Shown one piece after another: positions 17,802-19,419 of a DNA stretch of 19,419 nt (position 1 is its first letter; each line of letters starts with the position of its first letter). The notes under the pieces were generated by a model that was given only the letters and a program-made list of their open reading frames with translations, was not told the DNA's origin and made no database searches. Source of the DNA: a virus (lineage: Duplodnaviria > Heunggongvirae > Uroviricota > Caudoviricetes); IMG/VR virus record IMGVR_UViG_2645727562_000003, positions 1 through 19,419 of that record. One strand, written 5' to 3'. The position numbers were made by a program, and so were the translations under genes.

Positions 17802-17880
17802 ATTGATTATTTCCCTTCTGCTTGCTTATCCCATTCATCGCGGAATTTGGATGGGTTGTCGAAACCTTGAGTTGCCATGT

Positions 17881-18123
17881 TTATGCTCCGGTAGTGAACA
17901 GGTCTAACGCTTCCTTCGATTTACGCACCGCTTCGATAGTGCGGGTCGTGATATCTGAATTAGCGCCGCCTGACTGGAAGTGAATTTTGAATAGCTCAAG
18001 CTTCAACTCGTCAGTGCCAATGAACTGAAATGCTTCTTCTGCGGCTGCGTTCTGGTTCATGACCAGTTTGTAAATCTCTAACTGGAATTTCTGTTCTTCA
18101 GTCATGGGAATAATCTCTGCCAT
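17881..18123 (-). CDS. Hypothetical protein (80 aa)
   Basis: ATG 18121-18123 with GGAG SD at 6-nt spacing. No recognisable motif. Confidence 0.5.
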   Translation of the reverse strand: MAEIIPMTEEQKFQLEIYKLVMNQNAAAEEAFQFIGTDELKLELFKIHFQSGGANSDITTRTIEAVRKSKEALDLFTTGA

Positions 18124-18227
18124 TGTTGGCTCCGTTTATCCGTTAAAAGGGATATCAGTTAAGTTATCCCGTGTAGGGTATAAGCCATTATCAAGCCCAC
18201 CCGTAGATAGGCTTTGTAATGACATCT

Positions 18228-18752
18228 TCAATTAATCAGCAGTTCAGGCTGTGTCACCTGCAAAATGTATTCATGCTCGACAGCCAGGACACGCTTCTCT
18301 CTCTTCCGTTCGTTCATTAACCGACTGCCGATCGTACCTTTCAGCTTTGAGCGTGTTTCTTTGATGGCGTAGCGGTGCTGCATTTCTTCGCCAATTGCCA
18401 TGCGGCGGCTCAGTTGCTCTGCCATCCAGTTGAATGCTGCGATATAGCTCTCCTTGATTGCCGCAGCAGCTTTCCCGGTGAACCCCATCACAACCATGAT
18501 CCAGCCATCTTTCGTCAGGCTGTACATCGGGCGAACCTTGCCCTGCTCATCGATATAATCAGCCGACGCAAAATTGCGTTGGCTAAACTCACGCGAGCAA
18601 TCAGCCTTAACCTGCTCGATTTTCCTGAGAACATCACCGTGTCGCTTGCCGAAGTACTTGGCAATTTTTCTGGATGTGGTAACGACCTCTCCGTTTTTGG
18701 CTTGCACCATTTCTCGGAAGTCGAAGGCTGGAATAACTGAATGATTATTCAT
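18228..18752 (-). CDS. rha: Rha-family phage regulatory protein
   Basis: Region TSRKIAKYFGKRHGDVLRKIEQ...YIDEQGKVRPMYSLTKDGWIMVVMGF fits the Rha domain. Start chosen at ATG 18750-18752 (MNNHSVIP...) with AAAGG upstream; the track start at 18788 is GTG without an SD. Confidence 0.7.
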   Translation of the reverse strand: MNNHSVIPAFDFREMVQAKNGEVVTTSRKIAKYFGKRHGDVLRKIEQVKADCSREFSQRNFASADYIDEQGKVRPMYSLTKDGWIMVVMGFTGKAAAAIKESYIAAFNWMAEQLSRRMAIGEEMQHRYAIKETRSKLKGTIGSRLMNERKREKRVLAVEHEYILQVTQPELLIN

Positions 18753-18894
18753 AGCGTCTTTACCTTTTAGAAAGTGAGCCTGTCTCACAGAAAAGCCGCC
18801 CGAGAGAGGTCGCCACCTATAACGGCATTTCTCAGGCTCGCTTACTGAAAGGCTCTCGTTAATATGCGCGTGAGATGCGCGTTTACTGCGGACA

Positions 18895-18919
18895 TAAAAA
18901 AGCCCCGCATCGCGAGGCT
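18895..18919 (-). terminator. Putative Rho-independent terminator after Rz/Rz1
   Basis: Minus-strand RNA AGCCUCGCGAUGCGGGGCU forms an imperfect hairpin and is followed by UUUUUUAU. Confidence 0.45.
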
Positions 18920-18951
18920 CATTAAATTGACTTTGTGATTTGCAAAAAAAT

Positions 18952-19419
18952 TTATTTCAGGCATTGCGTCCTGATGTACTCCTGAAGCGTTCTCAGTGCT
19001 GTTTGGTCACGGATAATTCCGTCCCGGATACCGAGAACGTTTCGTCCAGCAACTGAAGAGAGTTCGACGGTGGCCTCATTGCCCATGCCGGAGGAGCTGG
19101 AGGTTTTGGCTGAGGCTGGCACAGGGCATTTTCCTTTGACGAGCACCCGACCACCATTATCAAGCTTACGCCGAAGAGCATCATTTTCAGCTTTCGCATT
19201 GGCTAACTCCTTCGTGTATTTAGCATCGAGTACATCAGCAGCACGCTGGCGCTGCTGCATGTCAGTAATGGTGGCGGTCGCCTGCTTCAGCTCTCTGGCG
19301 TTTTTGTCGCGCTGCTCTTTGTAGGCGATGGCGTTATCACGGTAATGATTAACAGCCCATGACAGGCAGACGATGATGCAGATAATCAGAGCGGAGATAA
19401 TCGCGGTTACTCTGCTCAT
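18952..19419 (-). CDS. Rz: Rz i-spanin (inner-membrane spanin subunit)
   Basis: [31 protein letters not shown]... is near-identical to lambda Rz at the N-terminus; single N-terminal transmembrane segment and charged periplasmic domain. The ATG is the last three bases of the window. Confidence 0.9.
   Translation of the reverse strand: MSRVTAIISALIICIIVCLSWAVNHYRDNAIAYKEQRDKNARELKQATATITDMQQRQRAADVLDAKYTKELANAKAENDALRRKLDNGGRVLVKGKCPVPASAKTSSSSGMGNEATVELSSVAGRNVLGIRDGIIRDQTALRTLQEYIRTQCLK
18993..19199 (-). CDS. Rz1: Rz1 o-spanin (outer-membrane lipoprotein), embedded in the +1 frame of Rz
   Basis: [21 protein letters not shown]... has a lipobox (VVGC) and the proline-rich stretch [11 protein letters not shown], like lambda Rz1; lies wholly inside Rz. 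Confidence 0.8.
   Translation of the reverse strand: MRKLKMMLFGVSLIMVVGCSSKENALCQPQPKPPAPPAWAMRPPSNSLQLLDETFSVSGTELSVTKQH

Noticed and set aside
18753-18788. GTG start at 18788 extending Rha by 12 residues
   Set aside because: No SD upstream, whereas ATG 18752 has AAAGG and gives a typical Rha N-terminus.
18864-18881. Short direct repeat ATGCGCG twice between Rz and rha
   Set aside because: Only 7 bp, in a GC-rich stretch; too short to separate from chance without comparative data.
1-19419. CRISPR arrays, tRNA/rRNA genes, integrase, att sites, IS elements
   Set aside because: No regularly spaced short repeats, no tRNA-like sequence, and no integrase or transposase-like ORF were seen. In P22-like phages the integrase and att site are expected outside this late region.

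Overview
This window is the late region of a P22-like temperate podovirus, most likely a prophage in an enterobacterium (E. coli/Shigella/Salmonella type). All identifications are by reading the translated ORFs and comparing with remembered P22, Sf6 and lambda proteins; no search was run. The late genes all run on the minus strand, from right to left: Rz/Rz1 spanins, a Rha-family regulator, an 80-aa ORF, small and large terminase (Sf6-like), portal, scaffold, coat, a small ORF, homologues of P22 gp4, gp10, gp26 (tail needle), gp14, and the ejection proteins gp7, gp20 and gp16. The tailspike gene starts at 969 and runs off the left edge; its head-binding N-terminus is conserved but the rest looks different from P22, Sf6 and HK620. 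Between gp16 and the tailspike (about 1070-4080) lies an accessory island. It holds an immI-like module (Arc-like repressor, a Cys-rich 67-aa protein and a KilA-N antirepressor on one side; a Mnt paralogue and Mnt on the other) around back-to-back promoters with 9-bp direct repeats. It also holds three apparent morons: a YjzC-like small protein with its own promoter and terminator, a minimal HExxH (ImmA/IrrE-like) metallopeptidase candidate, and a signal-peptide protein. The last two are the most likely place for undescribed biology. No tRNA, rRNA, CRISPR array, integrase or IS element was seen. Note that the ORF track translates TTG/GTG starts as M, so several track starts are upstream extensions; starts were re-chosen on Shine-Dalgarno evidence.
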